The notes under the pieces are model-generated. The model did no database searches. It was not told the DNA's origin and saw only the letters and a program-made list of their open reading frames with translations. DNA of 64,000 bases, taken from the NCBI GenBank assembly GCA_029351405.1, contig GCA_029351405.1_4841.1; one strand, given 5' to 3'. The stretch comes from Escherichia coli. GTDB lineage: Bacteria; Pseudomonadota; Gammaproteobacteria; Enterobacterales; Enterobacteriaceae. Made by a program: the position numbers and the translations under genes. Below are positions 9,519 through 17,819 of the stretch, in pieces (within the stretch, counting starts at the first letter, position 1; the number at the start of each line of letters is the position of its first letter).

Positions 9519-10573
9519 CGCACTTTCCTCAGTTCAGCGAATTGTAATGATGCGGCCATACCTTGGTAAACGTTCTTGGCGATCAGCTTCAGGAGGTCTT
9601 GTATGGACATGTTGCCCTTTGATGGCATGACCATGTCGTTGATATCCTTCCAAGGAACGTCTGGTGGGAACAGTACAACTTTGACACCTTTATCTATCAT
9701 CTTCTGAATACCGTCACACACCTGCGGGTTCCGGTACTGATTATCAGGGATATAAATGTCGCCCTTCACGCTCAGTAGATCAGCATCGGCCGATGCAAGA
9801 CAGTTGGGTAGGAACAGGCTGTCAATCGGACCTTCCACAACCAGCTTGGTCTTGTGAATGTTCACCCGGTCTTCACCATACACCTTAGTGTCTTCATCCT
9901 TGGGCTTGACTGTTGCGTAGCGCAGTGTCGCACTCTTGTCGAATGCACGCCCCTGAACGATCTTCATGCGACCATCCTGAGTCCAGAACGGAATCACCAG
10001 CCGCTCATCGTCGGGGATCTTCAGCTGCTTCTCAGGGTTCGTTTCGAACTGGAGTAGATCCTGGCGGAAGTGCTGTGTGTAATATAGGAGGGTCAAAGTG
10101 CTCTCCGGCAGTCCACGCCACTGTACGTACTGTCGAGCCTTATGGTCAGGCGGTAGCAGATCAAGCCGTAGCATATTGCCGAGGAGGCTCTCGTCGCGTT
10201 TCGCCGCCACTGAGCCAATACGGGCGGTCTGTGTCAGCTTTGGCAACGGCTTCAGGGAAGGAAGTGGTCTGCCCGACGTATCACCCAGCAGACGGAACTT
10301 CTCCATGTTGTACTCTGTTGAGAGGCGTTCGTCGAACTTCTTCAGCCAGAACTCAAATGACCAGCCATTCATCTGGTTGCAGTTGTGGCACTTGAACCGG
10401 AAGCAGTCATTATCTCGATCGAAGAAAAAATAACCGCGTCGCTTATTAGCACTTTTGAGAGAATCTCCACAAAGCGGGCATCTAAAATTTGCGACAGACC
10501 CAACGCGTTCCCACTTGAATTTATCGAGTCTGGGAGCAACGTAATTTATGAATTGTTCATCAAGAAATTTCAT
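9515..10573 (-). CDS. gp61: DNA primase (T4 gp61-like; zinc finger + TOPRIM)
   Basis: Zinc finger FRCPLCGDS..RRGYFF...FKCHNCN and TOPRIM-like VVEGPIDSLFL..ADADL. The start at MKFLDEQ (10573) overlaps the upstream stop as TAATG. Confidence 0.8.
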   Translation of the reverse strand: MKFLDEQFINYVAPRLDKFKWERVGSVANFRCPLCGDSLKSANKRRGYFFFDRDNDCFRFKCHNCNQMNGWSFEFWLKKFDERLSTEYNMEKFRLLGDTSGRPLPSLKPLPKLTQTARIGSVAAKRDESLLGNMLRLDLLPPDHKARQYVQWRGLPESTLTLLYYTQHFRQDLLQFETNPEKQLKIPDDERLVIPFWTQDGRMKIVQGRAFDKSATLRYATVKPKDEDTKVYGEDRVNIHKTKLVVEGPIDSLFLPNCLASADADLLSVKGDIYIPDNQYRNPQVCDGIQKMIDKGVKVVLFPPDVPWKDINDMVMPSKGNMSIQDLLKLIAKNVYQGMAASLQFAELRKVR

Positions 10574-11184
10574 TAGATCTTCGGCCTCTGGAACACTTCG
10601 GTCACAGTATAGTCTACACCACGACTTTGAGCTATACACAGTTGTCGCCAAGCCCCATACAGGATATTCTGCTCCCCGGCAGTGTTGCGCTCAAAGTGGG
10701 CGAAGCCGTCGAGGAGTTTCATGTAGCTGCGCATAAGCTGGGTAACGGTTCTTCCTCTCTTGATCTGTTCATCAAGGTACTTCTGATAATGCTCTGGTGA
10801 TGACAATGAAGAGTACTTCATGTCTGGCACATGAACTGGCATCAGGGACTTGCGGGGTGTGAAGTAGAACAACCCCCACTTTGGTGGCAGGTCTTCAACC
10901 CTGATCACGTCCTGAGGGCAGACATAAAAGCGGTATGCGCCCATGCCCGTCGTCGGATCCATGCGATGAGGCTTCTTCTTGTCGGTAAGGAAATCAGAGC
11001 GAGACACCTTCACTTCCATCAGGATAGAGCAACCGCCGGAACGGAACCCGATGGCATCAGGTGATTCTTTGTTGTCAAACGAATTTGGCTCGATGAAGAC
11101 AGCGCCGCAGTTCATGCGACCGCGCAGGTAGTTGGCCGCGATTTCACATCCTTCGCGGTGTGACGGGATAAAGATTTTGCTCAT
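10573..11184 (-). CDS. PD-(D/E)xK nuclease superfamily protein (MmcB-like)
   Basis: Core DAIGF...ILMEVKVSRSDFLTD is a D...E-x-K motif. ATG at 11184 with SD AAAGGAAAGGA. Coupled to the primase gene. Confidence 0.5.
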   Translation of the reverse strand: MSKIFIPSHREGCEIAANYLRGRMNCGAVFIEPNSFDNKESPDAIGFRSGGCSILMEVKVSRSDFLTDKKKPHRMDPTTGMGAYRFYVCPQDVIRVEDLPPKWGLFYFTPRKSLMPVHVPDMKYSSLSSPEHYQKYLDEQIKRGRTVTQLMRSYMKLLDGFAHFERNTAGEQNILYGAWRQLCIAQSRGVDYTVTEVFQRPKI

Positions 11185-11241
11185 TGTCCTTTCCTTTTGG
11201 TGAATAATGAGCAAAATTATATGCCTTTATTTCGTATTGAC

Positions 11242-11595
11242 TTACGACAGCTGCTTCAGTTTGTAGATCGTCTGATAGCACAGTGTCTTGATTTCATCAA
11301 GCGTGTTCTGAAGGTGGGAGTCACACTGCTTGTAGATGCCATCGACGTCTATCACCACACTGTTAATATAGGAGATAGGGTCTGGGTTGTAGAGCTTGAT
11401 GTTCTCGAATGATGGAACATACTGACCACCCGCACCGATGTATGCTTCGGTAAACGTGTCCAGCAAGCCCTCCAGTTCCCCGTAGAACTCCCCGAGTGCC
11501 TTGTGCTTGGCATAGGATGTTGTAACGAAGTGCAAGGCATGAGAGTGGGCTATAGCAAGCAGTCCACGGTTGATGAAAATACTCGCATTGACCAT
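11242..11595 (-). CDS. hypothetical late protein (117 aa), possibly a four-helix (Dps/ferritin-like) fold
   Basis: CTAAATAC motif 31 nt upstream. HSHALHF..HKALGEFYGELEGLLDTFTEAY is loosely Dps-like, which is weak evidence. Confidence 0.5.
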   Translation of the reverse strand: MVNASIFINRGLLAIAHSHALHFVTTSYAKHKALGEFYGELEGLLDTFTEAYIGAGGQYVPSFENIKLYNPDPISYINSVVIDVDGIYKQCDSHLQNTLDEIKTLCYQTIYKLKQLS

Positions 11596-11609
11596 GATGT
11601 TGTCCTCAG

Positions 11610-11637
11610 AAAAAGAAATCCCCCTGTATTTAGGGGG
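11610..11637 (-). terminator. composite terminator hairpin carrying a late-promoter motif in its loop
   Basis: Minus strand reads CCCCCtaaatacaGGGGGatttcttttt. CTAAATAC (11626-11633) forms the loop. Confidence 0.6.
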
Positions 11638-11688
11638 ATCCAGTTACAGACCAAGTTCTTTCGTCGTGGCGTCGTCTAGTGCAACCTC

Positions 11689-12258
11689 CTAGACAGGCTT
11701 AACACCGAGGAACTTGGCAATGTCAGCAGCCAGGTTTTTACCCTTGCTGATATCATGCTCCTTGCCGTTGCAGGTGACGATCACATACGGGTCATCTTCA
11801 CCACCGAAGTTCACGGTGATCGCCTTGCCGATGCCAGGGATGCCAGAGTATTCGAACTCAGTACGACCACTCTTGCGAGACTTGCCAGCACCCAGTGCTT
11901 TACCGATCATCTTGTCCATGTTCGCCAGTTCCTGAGCATAGGATTCGGTCACCTGGCCTTTGTCGGCAGACTTGCCAAAGAAGAATTCGAAGCCGTCATG
12001 GACAGCAACGACTTCCTGACCTTGGGAAATACCGTGAGTCTGATCCGGAGTCAGCTTCACCTTGATGGTGTTGCCGTTGGTTAACTCCAGGTTGTAGACA
12101 TCCGCCTGATTGTCAGGAGTGATCTGGGTCACGGTAGCGCCGGAACACCACTGGGTGCCGTCAGCTTGCTTGGTGATGGATACGGTCTTACCCTGGACAC
12201 CAGCATGGGTCTGAGGTTTAGCGGCTTGTTCTTTAAAATATTCGATAAACGGTTTCAT
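11689..12258 (-). CDS. hypothetical late protein (189 aa)
   Basis: A perfect T4-type TATAAATA lies 25 nt upstream of the ATG. No motif recognised. Confidence 0.6.
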   Translation of the reverse strand: MKPFIEYFKEQAAKPQTHAGVQGKTVSITKQADGTQWCSGATVTQITPDNQADVYNLELTNGNTIKVKLTPDQTHGISQGQEVVAVHDGFEFFFGKSADKGQVTESYAQELANMDKMIGKALGAGKSRKSGRTEFEYSGIPGIGKAITVNFGGEDDPYVIVTCNGKEHDISKGKNLAADIAKFLGVKPV

Positions 12259-12282
12259 CTTAATCTCCTCGGGGATTTCAGT

Positions 12283-12290
12283 TATTTATA
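12283..12290 (-). promoter_or_regulatory. late promoter TATAAATA (T4 consensus)
   Basis: Exact octamer on the minus strand, immediately 3' of the terminator hairpin 12291-12308. Confidence 0.6.
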
Positions 12291-12308
12291 AGCCCCCGAA
12301 GGGGCTTT
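12291..12308 (-). terminator. hairpin after the 1017-aa gene
   Basis: Minus strand reads AAAGCCCCttcgGGGGCTT, followed directly by ATAAATA. Confidence 0.5.
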
Positions 12309-12314
12309 CGATGA

Positions 12315-15300
12315 TCAGATCTTAATCTGCATGTTGCCACCCAGGGACTGCTCGTACTCGCTGTATGCGCCTTCCCCGTAGTCTCGTGCCCACTGGTCAG
12401 ACTGCTGGGCGCTATCCAGAGTCATCAGGTTTGGTTCAGTCGGGTTGTAACCCTTGGACTTCGCATCCCGGTACAGAGTCTGCAGGTACTGGTTGGCGCG
12501 GTCAATCTGAGCTTTGAACTCGCGATATGCCCCTTCAGTTGTGTTGCGGCGGAAGGTGATATCCCAGTCCACGTTCAGAGTCTGGCCATCACGGCTTGCA
12601 TAGATCTGCCAATCCAGGTCGCGACCTTTTGGTGCGTTGTCGCGGATGGAGTCGGCGTATGCCGCAAGGTCGACACCAGTCTTCTTCGCAGTACTCGACT
12701 CTTTCTCCAGTCTCTCGGTTTCTTTGGACAGGATACCCAACATAAATTCATTAGTGCGGCGATCCGCCATGTCGTACCCGCGCCAAAGGACTGAACCGTT
12801 GTTGTCAACAGAAATGTCGTCCAAAAATACTTGTTTCGGATTATGCGACGTGCTTTTCAGAGTTTGCATATTCCGAGATATCATTTCCATATTAGAAGAA
12901 ATTTCATCGATCAATGCCTGAACAATGTCTTTCTTCAAAGGAAGTTCATATGTCTTCGGATTGTTCAGCAGCCGCCCTTTCTGGGAGATCATCGGTGTGA
13001 ACGCGACTTTTCCTTTGTCGTAGTAATAGGTCACATTCGTGGTCAATACAGCACCATCATACTTCCCAGTTTTCGGGAAATTGACGCCAGACCAAGTGAT
13101 GGACATACCGTTGACAGTCTCACCAAACACCATGGCGTTGCTTGGCATCTTCAGGGTTCCAGAGTTGACCAGATCAGCGCCTTGGGCATTCAGGTCGATA
13201 GAACCATAGATGGCCCCGGTAATACGATCTTTCAGCATCAGGGTCTTGTCGCCCTTCTCTGGGATGATTTCCAGCGGGTGCTTGCCACGCGGAGGCTCTT
13301 TGATGAGTTCCAGCAGAGCAGTGTTCCCAGGCTTCACACGATTCAGGACAGCGTCGGACACTGTCAGAGTCCAGTTTGCGGTTTCCACATAACCCCAGCC
13401 CCGAGAACGGCGAATGGCTTTGATAGGATATGGAGCGCTTGTTGGAACTGCGCTAATTTCCCATTTGCCAGTGTACTGGGTCTTGGCAACCTCAAAGATG
13501 GACGCAATTACCGCATTGGCGACGTCACGGGCGCTACCTTTGGCCACGCTCTCCTCTTCAGCAATTTCGCTGAAAACTGAGTATTGAACGAAACCAGCGA
13601 GGACGTTTGTGAAGTTGACAACGATAACCAACCCGCCTGCCGTCGTGTAACGACCAGCGCCCACGCGACGGATGTTTTCACCAGGAAGAATAGAAGTGTC
13701 CAGCCCAACGTTGGTATCAATGATACCCAGAACACGAGCGATGAAACCGCTGTCACGTAATTGATCAACACTGGTTGCACCCTCGGTCGAATCCGATGCG
13801 GATTTAGACACTTTGTTCAACTTGATAGAGACAAGAGTTTCCCCGTTGACACCGATGATATCCCATTCAGTACCCTGCTCGTTCGAGATGCGGGCAATCT
13901 TGCGCTTTGAATTGATGGCACCTTCGTAACGCCCGTTTTTGACCACAACAGAGGCAGTAGCAGCATCAGTAGCACTTGCTGCATTTGAAAAGTCTGGGTC
14001 AGAAATACTGATGTCGACGTCACCGTTTTGAGAACGCATGCGAACACCGTTTTTGAATCGTTCCACGTTTACTTCTCGAGCACCAAGTCGTTTGGCATCA
14101 ATAACAGCAGTTCCAGAACCGATAATGTTGGCTGGGTTATTTCTGTCTGAACTGTTTTGAGAACCTTTCCAAAATTTTGTGGACGCTGTGGTGAAATCAT
14201 TCAGGATACTGATAGGGACTTGTGGTAATTTCAACTGACGAGCAATGAAATCAGCACTTTGCCCACGCACAGGTTTCTCATTCATGTATGCGCCAACATA
14301 CACGCCCGGCTCATTGTAGTGGGGAGCGATATTTGCCGTGACTAAGCGACCTTTTTCTTTCCCCGCCCACACTAACATTGGTTGAGTGGCATCGGCTTTT
14401 GTGAGTTTCCAACCGTTGTCATTGCTGGTGTCATTGCTGGTGTCATTGCTGGTGTCAACGTCCACCACCAGAATTATCTGAGCACCTTTCTTGAAAGTGT
14501 ACTGATCGTACATGCCTTTCTTCTGTTTGGTCATGGACGCACCGACCAAGTCTTGGTTGGTGAAGCCGCGCTTCATATTCCAAGATACCTCAGTCCCGTC
14601 TGGATATTTGTCAAAATCATAACCATAGAATGCGGCTACTTCTTTCGAACCGCTTATCAGGCGGACGTAGTTTCCACGAATCGGGTCTCGCCCGCTCTTC
14701 AACTCCAGACCAGTGTCCGAGCTGTTGTACCACTCGCGGTTGACTTCGATTTCAGAAGAACCAGCCCCAACTCCCACATCCGAAGTATTATTCTGAACCG
14801 GAACGTCGCCGACCTTGTCTGGATCATCCCAGGTGATACCCTGCATCTTCGGACCGTCGAATACCTGAGCCGGATCTTTACCCTTGCGGACCAGCCACAC
14901 ATAACCACGGTCAGGGACAGGCGCGTAGGTCAGGTCCATGACATTCAGTTTCTGTTTCAGACCGGACTGGCGGATAATCTTAGGAATCAGGGTCATACCG
15001 CGATCCAGTGCTTTCTTGGAGAAGTTGACAGCAAAGCCATCGATGGTCTTGCCCAGAGGAGTCGCCATGAATTGTTTGGTCGCTTCGATCATGCTGGCAA
15101 TAACGCGCATTGGGTTCTTGAAGCGAGCGATGGCGTCAGGATAGACGGAGCCGCGCTTCTGGCCGATGAAAACCTGACGAACGCTCTTGCCCAGCCCCTG
15201 AGGGGTATAGAACTGAATACGGTATTCCTTTTCATCTTCGTCGACGAAGGTGAAGAACACATCGCCTGCGTTCTTCTTACCCATGGTCAGCTCATACGGA

Positions 15301-15368
15301 GCGGAGTTGAACGCTTCGTCCAACTGATCTCTTTCCTGCATGAACTGGAGGAAACTTAGCTTTGACAT
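12315..15368 (-). CDS. large hypothetical protein (1017 aa), probably late/virion-associated
   Basis: Uninterrupted ORF with SD AGGAGA. CTAATTAG motif 36 nt upstream. Contains an in-frame (DTSN)x3 repeat. No catalytic motif recognised. Confidence 0.7.
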   Translation of the reverse strand: MSKLSFLQFMQERDQLDEAFNSAPYELTMGKKNAGDVFFTFVDEDEKEYRIQFYTPQGLGKSVRQVFIGQKRGSVYPDAIARFKNPMRVIASMIEATKQFMATPLGKTIDGFAVNFSKKALDRGMTLIPKIIRQSGLKQKLNVMDLTYAPVPDRGYVWLVRKGKDPAQVFDGPKMQGITWDDPDKVGDVPVQNNTSDVGVGAGSSEIEVNREWYNSSDTGLELKSGRDPIRGNYVRLISGSKEVAAFYGYDFDKYPDGTEVSWNMKRGFTNQDLVGASMTKQKKGMYDQYTFKKGAQIILVVDVDTSNDTSNDTSNDNGWKLTKADATQPMLVWAGKEKGRLVTANIAPHYNEPGVYVGAYMNEKPVRGQSADFIARQLKLPQVPISILNDFTTASTKFWKGSQNSSDRNNPANIIGSGTAVIDAKRLGAREVNVERFKNGVRMRSQNGDVDISISDPDFSNAASATDAATASVVVKNGRYEGAINSKRKIARISNEQGTEWDIIGVNGETLVSIKLNKVSKSASDSTEGATSVDQLRDSGFIARVLGIIDTNVGLDTSILPGENIRRVGAGRYTTAGGLVIVVNFTNVLAGFVQYSVFSEIAEEESVAKGSARDVANAVIASIFEVAKTQYTGKWEISAVPTSAPYPIKAIRRSRGWGYVETANWTLTVSDAVLNRVKPGNTALLELIKEPPRGKHPLEIIPEKGDKTLMLKDRITGAIYGSIDLNAQGADLVNSGTLKMPSNAMVFGETVNGMSITWSGVNFPKTGKYDGAVLTTNVTYYYDKGKVAFTPMISQKGRLLNNPKTYELPLKKDIVQALIDEISSNMEMISRNMQTLKSTSHNPKQVFLDDISVDNNGSVLWRGYDMADRRTNEFMLGILSKETERLEKESSTAKKTGVDLAAYADSIRDNAPKGRDLDWQIYASRDGQTLNVDWDITFRRNTTEGAYREFKAQIDRANQYLQTLYRDAKSKGYNPTEPNLMTLDSAQQSDQWARDYGEGAYSEYEQSLGGNMQIKI
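14418..14457 (-). repeat. 12-bp tandem repeat x3.3 (GTCATTGCTGGT), coding for (TSND)n
   Basis: Three exact consecutive 12-mers plus a partial fourth. In frame, so the copy number can change without a frameshift. Confidence 0.9.
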
Positions 15369-15403
15369 TTTATATCTCCTGATTGAATTAACGGCGATTT
15401 CTT

Positions 15404-15411
15404 CTAATTAG
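15404..15411 (-). promoter_or_regulatory. late-promoter-like motif CTAATTAG
   Basis: Lies 36 nt upstream of the ATG at 15368, just 3' of a terminator hairpin. Confidence 0.4.
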
Positions 15412-15439
15412 CGAAACCAAAAGGGAGCGTCAGCCCCCT
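15412..15439 (-). terminator. rho-independent terminator
   Basis: Minus strand reads GGGGGCtgacGCTCCCttttggttt (one G-U pair). Confidence 0.5.
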
Positions 15440-15443
15440 TATC

Positions 15444-15779
15444 TTATTTTTGAACTTGGGCTACAGACATCGCCCAGAGCGGGAGGGTGTGGGGGTCCAG
15501 GGCTTCCAGTAGATATTCGACGCGCTCTGACATGATACCTTCAGGGAAGTTTACTTCTTCTGGTTCGTTGTTGGCCGTCCAACCCAAGGTCAGTCCTTCA
15601 GCGTGATGGATGATATAAACGAAGTCGCCCGATTCGTAGTCCTTTTCCATCAGGTCGAAGAACGCTTCCATTTCTTCGTCGGAGAAGTAGTAGATGCGAG
15701 GTACGGAGCCGTCAGCAAAGTGTTCAGCACCCTGGAAGGCAAACATGTCATCGGCGGTGAAGTTCTTGAGTTGTGTCAT
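15444..15779 (-). CDS. hypothetical acidic early protein (111 aa)
   Basis: ATG at 15779 within the exact cassette TTGAACCGAAGGAACTATATCATG. Rich in D/E. Confidence 0.6.
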   Translation of the reverse strand: MTQLKNFTADDMFAFQGAEHFADGSVPRIYYFSDEEMEAFFDLMEKDYESGDFVYIIHHAEGLTLGWTANNEPEEVNFPEGIMSERVEYLLEALDPHTLPLWAMSVAQVQK

Positions 15780-15801
15780 GATATAGTTCCTTCGGTTCAA
15801 A

Positions 15802-16077
15802 TTAACGGCGGAAAGGGCGGTTTGCGTTTTCGCGGTTAGACCAATTCTTTTCAGCCCGAGCGATAGCCGCTGGACTCCATTCGCGCTCCCACTCTTTGTC
15901 TACTTCAGCCTGGTTGGCAGGCTCTACCATTTCAACGCCAGGGAAGTCGCATGACATGATTTCGCGCAGCTGGGCAGCTGGGGCGGTCTGGGCGTGGATC
16001 AATTCTTCGCCGTCGTAAACCTTGGCCATCAGGTATTTCTGACCGTGGCGGATATATGCGTCGAGGATAATTTTCAT
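15802..16077 (-). CDS. hypothetical early protein (91 aa)
   Basis: ATG at 16077 within the cassette TTGAAAAGCAGGAACTACACCATG. An early promoter lies 49 nt upstream. Confidence 0.6.
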   Translation of the reverse strand: MKIILDAYIRHGQKYLMAKVYDGEELIHAQTAPAAQLREIMSCDFPGVEMVEPANQAEVDKEWEREWSPAAIARAEKNWSNRENANRPFRR

Positions 16078-16125
16078 GGTGTAGTTCCTGCTTTTCAAGT
16101 TGGTGTTGTACTGCTTATGGAATGA

Positions 16126-16154
16126 AGTATAGGGAAGGATATTGAAGAAGTAAA
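16126..16154 (-). promoter_or_regulatory. early promoter TTTACT-N17-TATACT (cassette copy A)
   Basis: Minus strand reads TTTACTtcttcaatatccttcccTATACTtcattccataagcagtacaacaccaac. Confidence 0.65.
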
Positions 16155-16172
16155 GGGGCGAAAGCCCCTTTT
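16152..16172 (-). terminator. hairpin terminator overlapping the -35 of the next promoter
   Basis: Minus strand reads AAAAGGGGCtttcGCCCCTTTAC. Confidence 0.55.
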
Positions 16173-16192
16173 ATTGAATTATTTTTACGGCG

Positions 16193-16822
16193 TCAGCTCA
16201 CAACCGGAATGTGGGATCGAATACCTGCGATGATGTCCTTCAGCTGAGGCTTCCATCCACCCACCAAACGGGGTAGAGCGATAGCACCAGGCTGGACCAA
16301 AATGATGTCGCTGCCTGTGATATTGTGCTGAGGGAACTGGGCGAGGTACTGCTCCATTGTGACACCCTCATCAATCAGAACCGCACCGACGTCAGACGAT
16401 GCGTAGGTTGCACCCAGACCGTCAACGCCCCATGCCAAGATGCCCCAGTCAGGGATGTTGGCTTCAGATGTGATGGTGAATCCAAACACGGTGTTCAGCG
16501 ATGTAAAGGAGTAGACATCGTGGGTGAGGTCATGCACCAGATACCCCTTGGCCAGCATATCGGCAAAGATCGCGTCTGTATCGCCAGCAGCCGGAGTCGG
16601 CACAGTAAACAACAGCTCACCCTCAGGAGGAGCAGGGTATGTTCTGAGGGCATAGAGGCACCATGCGTCAATACACTTCTTGATAAATGCCTCTGGTGCG
16701 ACATAATCGGCAAGGCGAACCGTGCCTGAGTACTCGGATACGATGATGCCTTCCTTCGCGCCCTGTAGAGCGATGAAGACCAAGATATGTTCATATCCGG
16801 TCTGAGATGGAGTGATGTTCAT
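16193..16822 (-). CDS. hypothetical protein (209 aa)
   Basis: ATG at 16822 (MNITPSQ) overlaps the upstream stop as TAATG. The longer ORF-track N-terminus overlaps the SLT gene. Confidence 0.6.
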   Translation of the reverse strand: MNITPSQTGYEHILVFIALQGAKEGIIVSEYSGTVRLADYVAPEAFIKKCIDAWCLYALRTYPAPPEGELLFTVPTPAAGDTDAIFADMLAKGYLVHDLTHDVYSFTSLNTVFGFTITSEANIPDWGILAWGVDGLGATYASSDVGAVLIDEGVTMEQYLAQFPQHNITGSDIILVQPGAIALPRLVGGWKPQLKDIIAGIRSHIPVVS

Positions 16823-17436
16823 TATCTTGTCCTCTTCAGTTTCTCTATCGTGTGCTTGTTCATGGCGATCACCCGAGGATCTACCTCGGAGATGGTCCGG
16901 CCTTTGAAGGACACACATTTCTGAAGATATTTAGCTTTCTTCACGACGTCAGCGGCATAAGCGTTCGATGCAGGATTACGGGCAAAGCCAGCATTGTAAG
17001 AGGAGAGGGATTTGCGGATATTCTGATTGTGATAGGTCAGCCAGAACTGCATCTCATCGAGGGCGGCTTGCGCGGCATATTCTTGGTCGGTCAGCAACTT
17101 TATGGCGACATTGGCATAGCACTTGCGATTCTTACAACCTTCGCGATCACCAACTGTCTTCACCTTGTTCTGAAAGGCTCCCATGTTGGCCGCCTTGAGG
17201 CCGTATCGCATTGACACTACATCTTCGCCAGCGCGGCTCTCACGCCAAGATATGGCGGCCAGAGTGTAGCCAAGATCTTGTGTCTTGCCCACGTGATAGG
17301 CGGTTGCCATCGTATTAAGTTGTTGCTCGGAGAAATTATAAACACATTGGCTTGTATTTTGGGAAGCGTGCACATTCCCGCTGGCAATGGTAAAGGTCAC
17401 GGACAAGGCCATGGCCTTCAACGTTGTCATCGTCAT
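16822..17436 (-). CDS. secreted lytic transglycosylase (SLT domain) with signal peptide
   Basis: Signal peptide MTMTTLKAMALSVTFTIASGNVHA|SQ. SLT-type catalytic region AISWRESRAG and a later SSYNAG motif. Confidence 0.7.
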   Translation of the reverse strand: MTMTTLKAMALSVTFTIASGNVHASQNTSQCVYNFSEQQLNTMATAYHVGKTQDLGYTLAAISWRESRAGEDVVSMRYGLKAANMGAFQNKVKTVGDREGCKNRKCYANVAIKLLTDQEYAAQAALDEMQFWLTYHNQNIRKSLSSYNAGFARNPASNAYAADVVKKAKYLQKCVSFKGRTISEVDPRVIAMNKHTIEKLKRTR

Positions 17437-17496
17437 GATGGCGTTCCTTATGTTTTGTCGACTTGCAGCTCGCTTGAGCCTCCTGACAGGGGGTTA

Positions 17497-17528
17497 AAAG
17501 ATAAAGGGCACGTGATATTTAGTGCCCT
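17497..17528 (-). terminator. composite terminator hairpin carrying a late-promoter motif
   Basis: Minus strand reads AGGGCACtaaatatcacGTGCCCTttatctttt. CACTAAATATC spans the left arm and loop. Confidence 0.6.
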
Positions 17529-17534
17529 TCAGCC

Positions 17535-17819
17535 TCATTCGTAGATGAGGTGGTAGGATTCCTCGATACACTCCAGCCAGCCGTAGACGAACTGTAGAGG
17601 GTCATCCCATGCCGTCTTGGTCGCGACGGTAAAGTTGCCGTCCAGGATCTGCATATCTTGGTACTTGTTGAAAGCGAGTACAGCATCAACCACAATCAGA
17701 CCGCCCTGCTCAAGATAACGATTCGGAGTGACGGTCACTTGGTAATGAGGATTCCTGCGATTCCATATCTCCACAGCAATGTCACAGGATTCCTGAATTT
17801 CATCTTTGTTTTCTGACAT
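17535..17819 (-). CDS. hypothetical protein (94 aa)
   Basis: ATG ORF overlapping the upstream gene by 20 nt. Confidence 0.5.
   Translation of the reverse strand: MSENKDEIQESCDIAVEIWNRRNPHYQVTVTPNRYLEQGGLIVVDAVLAFNKYQDMQILDGNFTVATKTAWDDPLQFVYGWLECIEESYHLIYE

Noticed and set aside
14418-14457. A possible CRISPR-like or regulatory repeat array.
   Set aside because: The 12-bp units are contiguous with no spacers, and they lie in frame inside a long ORF. This is a coding tandem repeat.
15780-15800. N-terminal extensions MK(S/C/P/G/R)RNY(I/T)M shown by the ORF track for many small genes (also at 16078-16098, 30638-30658, 31197-31217, 51141-51161 and 58961-58981).
   Set aside because: The apparent start is the in-frame TTG of the conserved TTGAAAnnnAGGAACTATATC cassette. 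The AGGA inside it is the Shine-Dalgarno for the ATG that follows, so these codons are leader, not protein.
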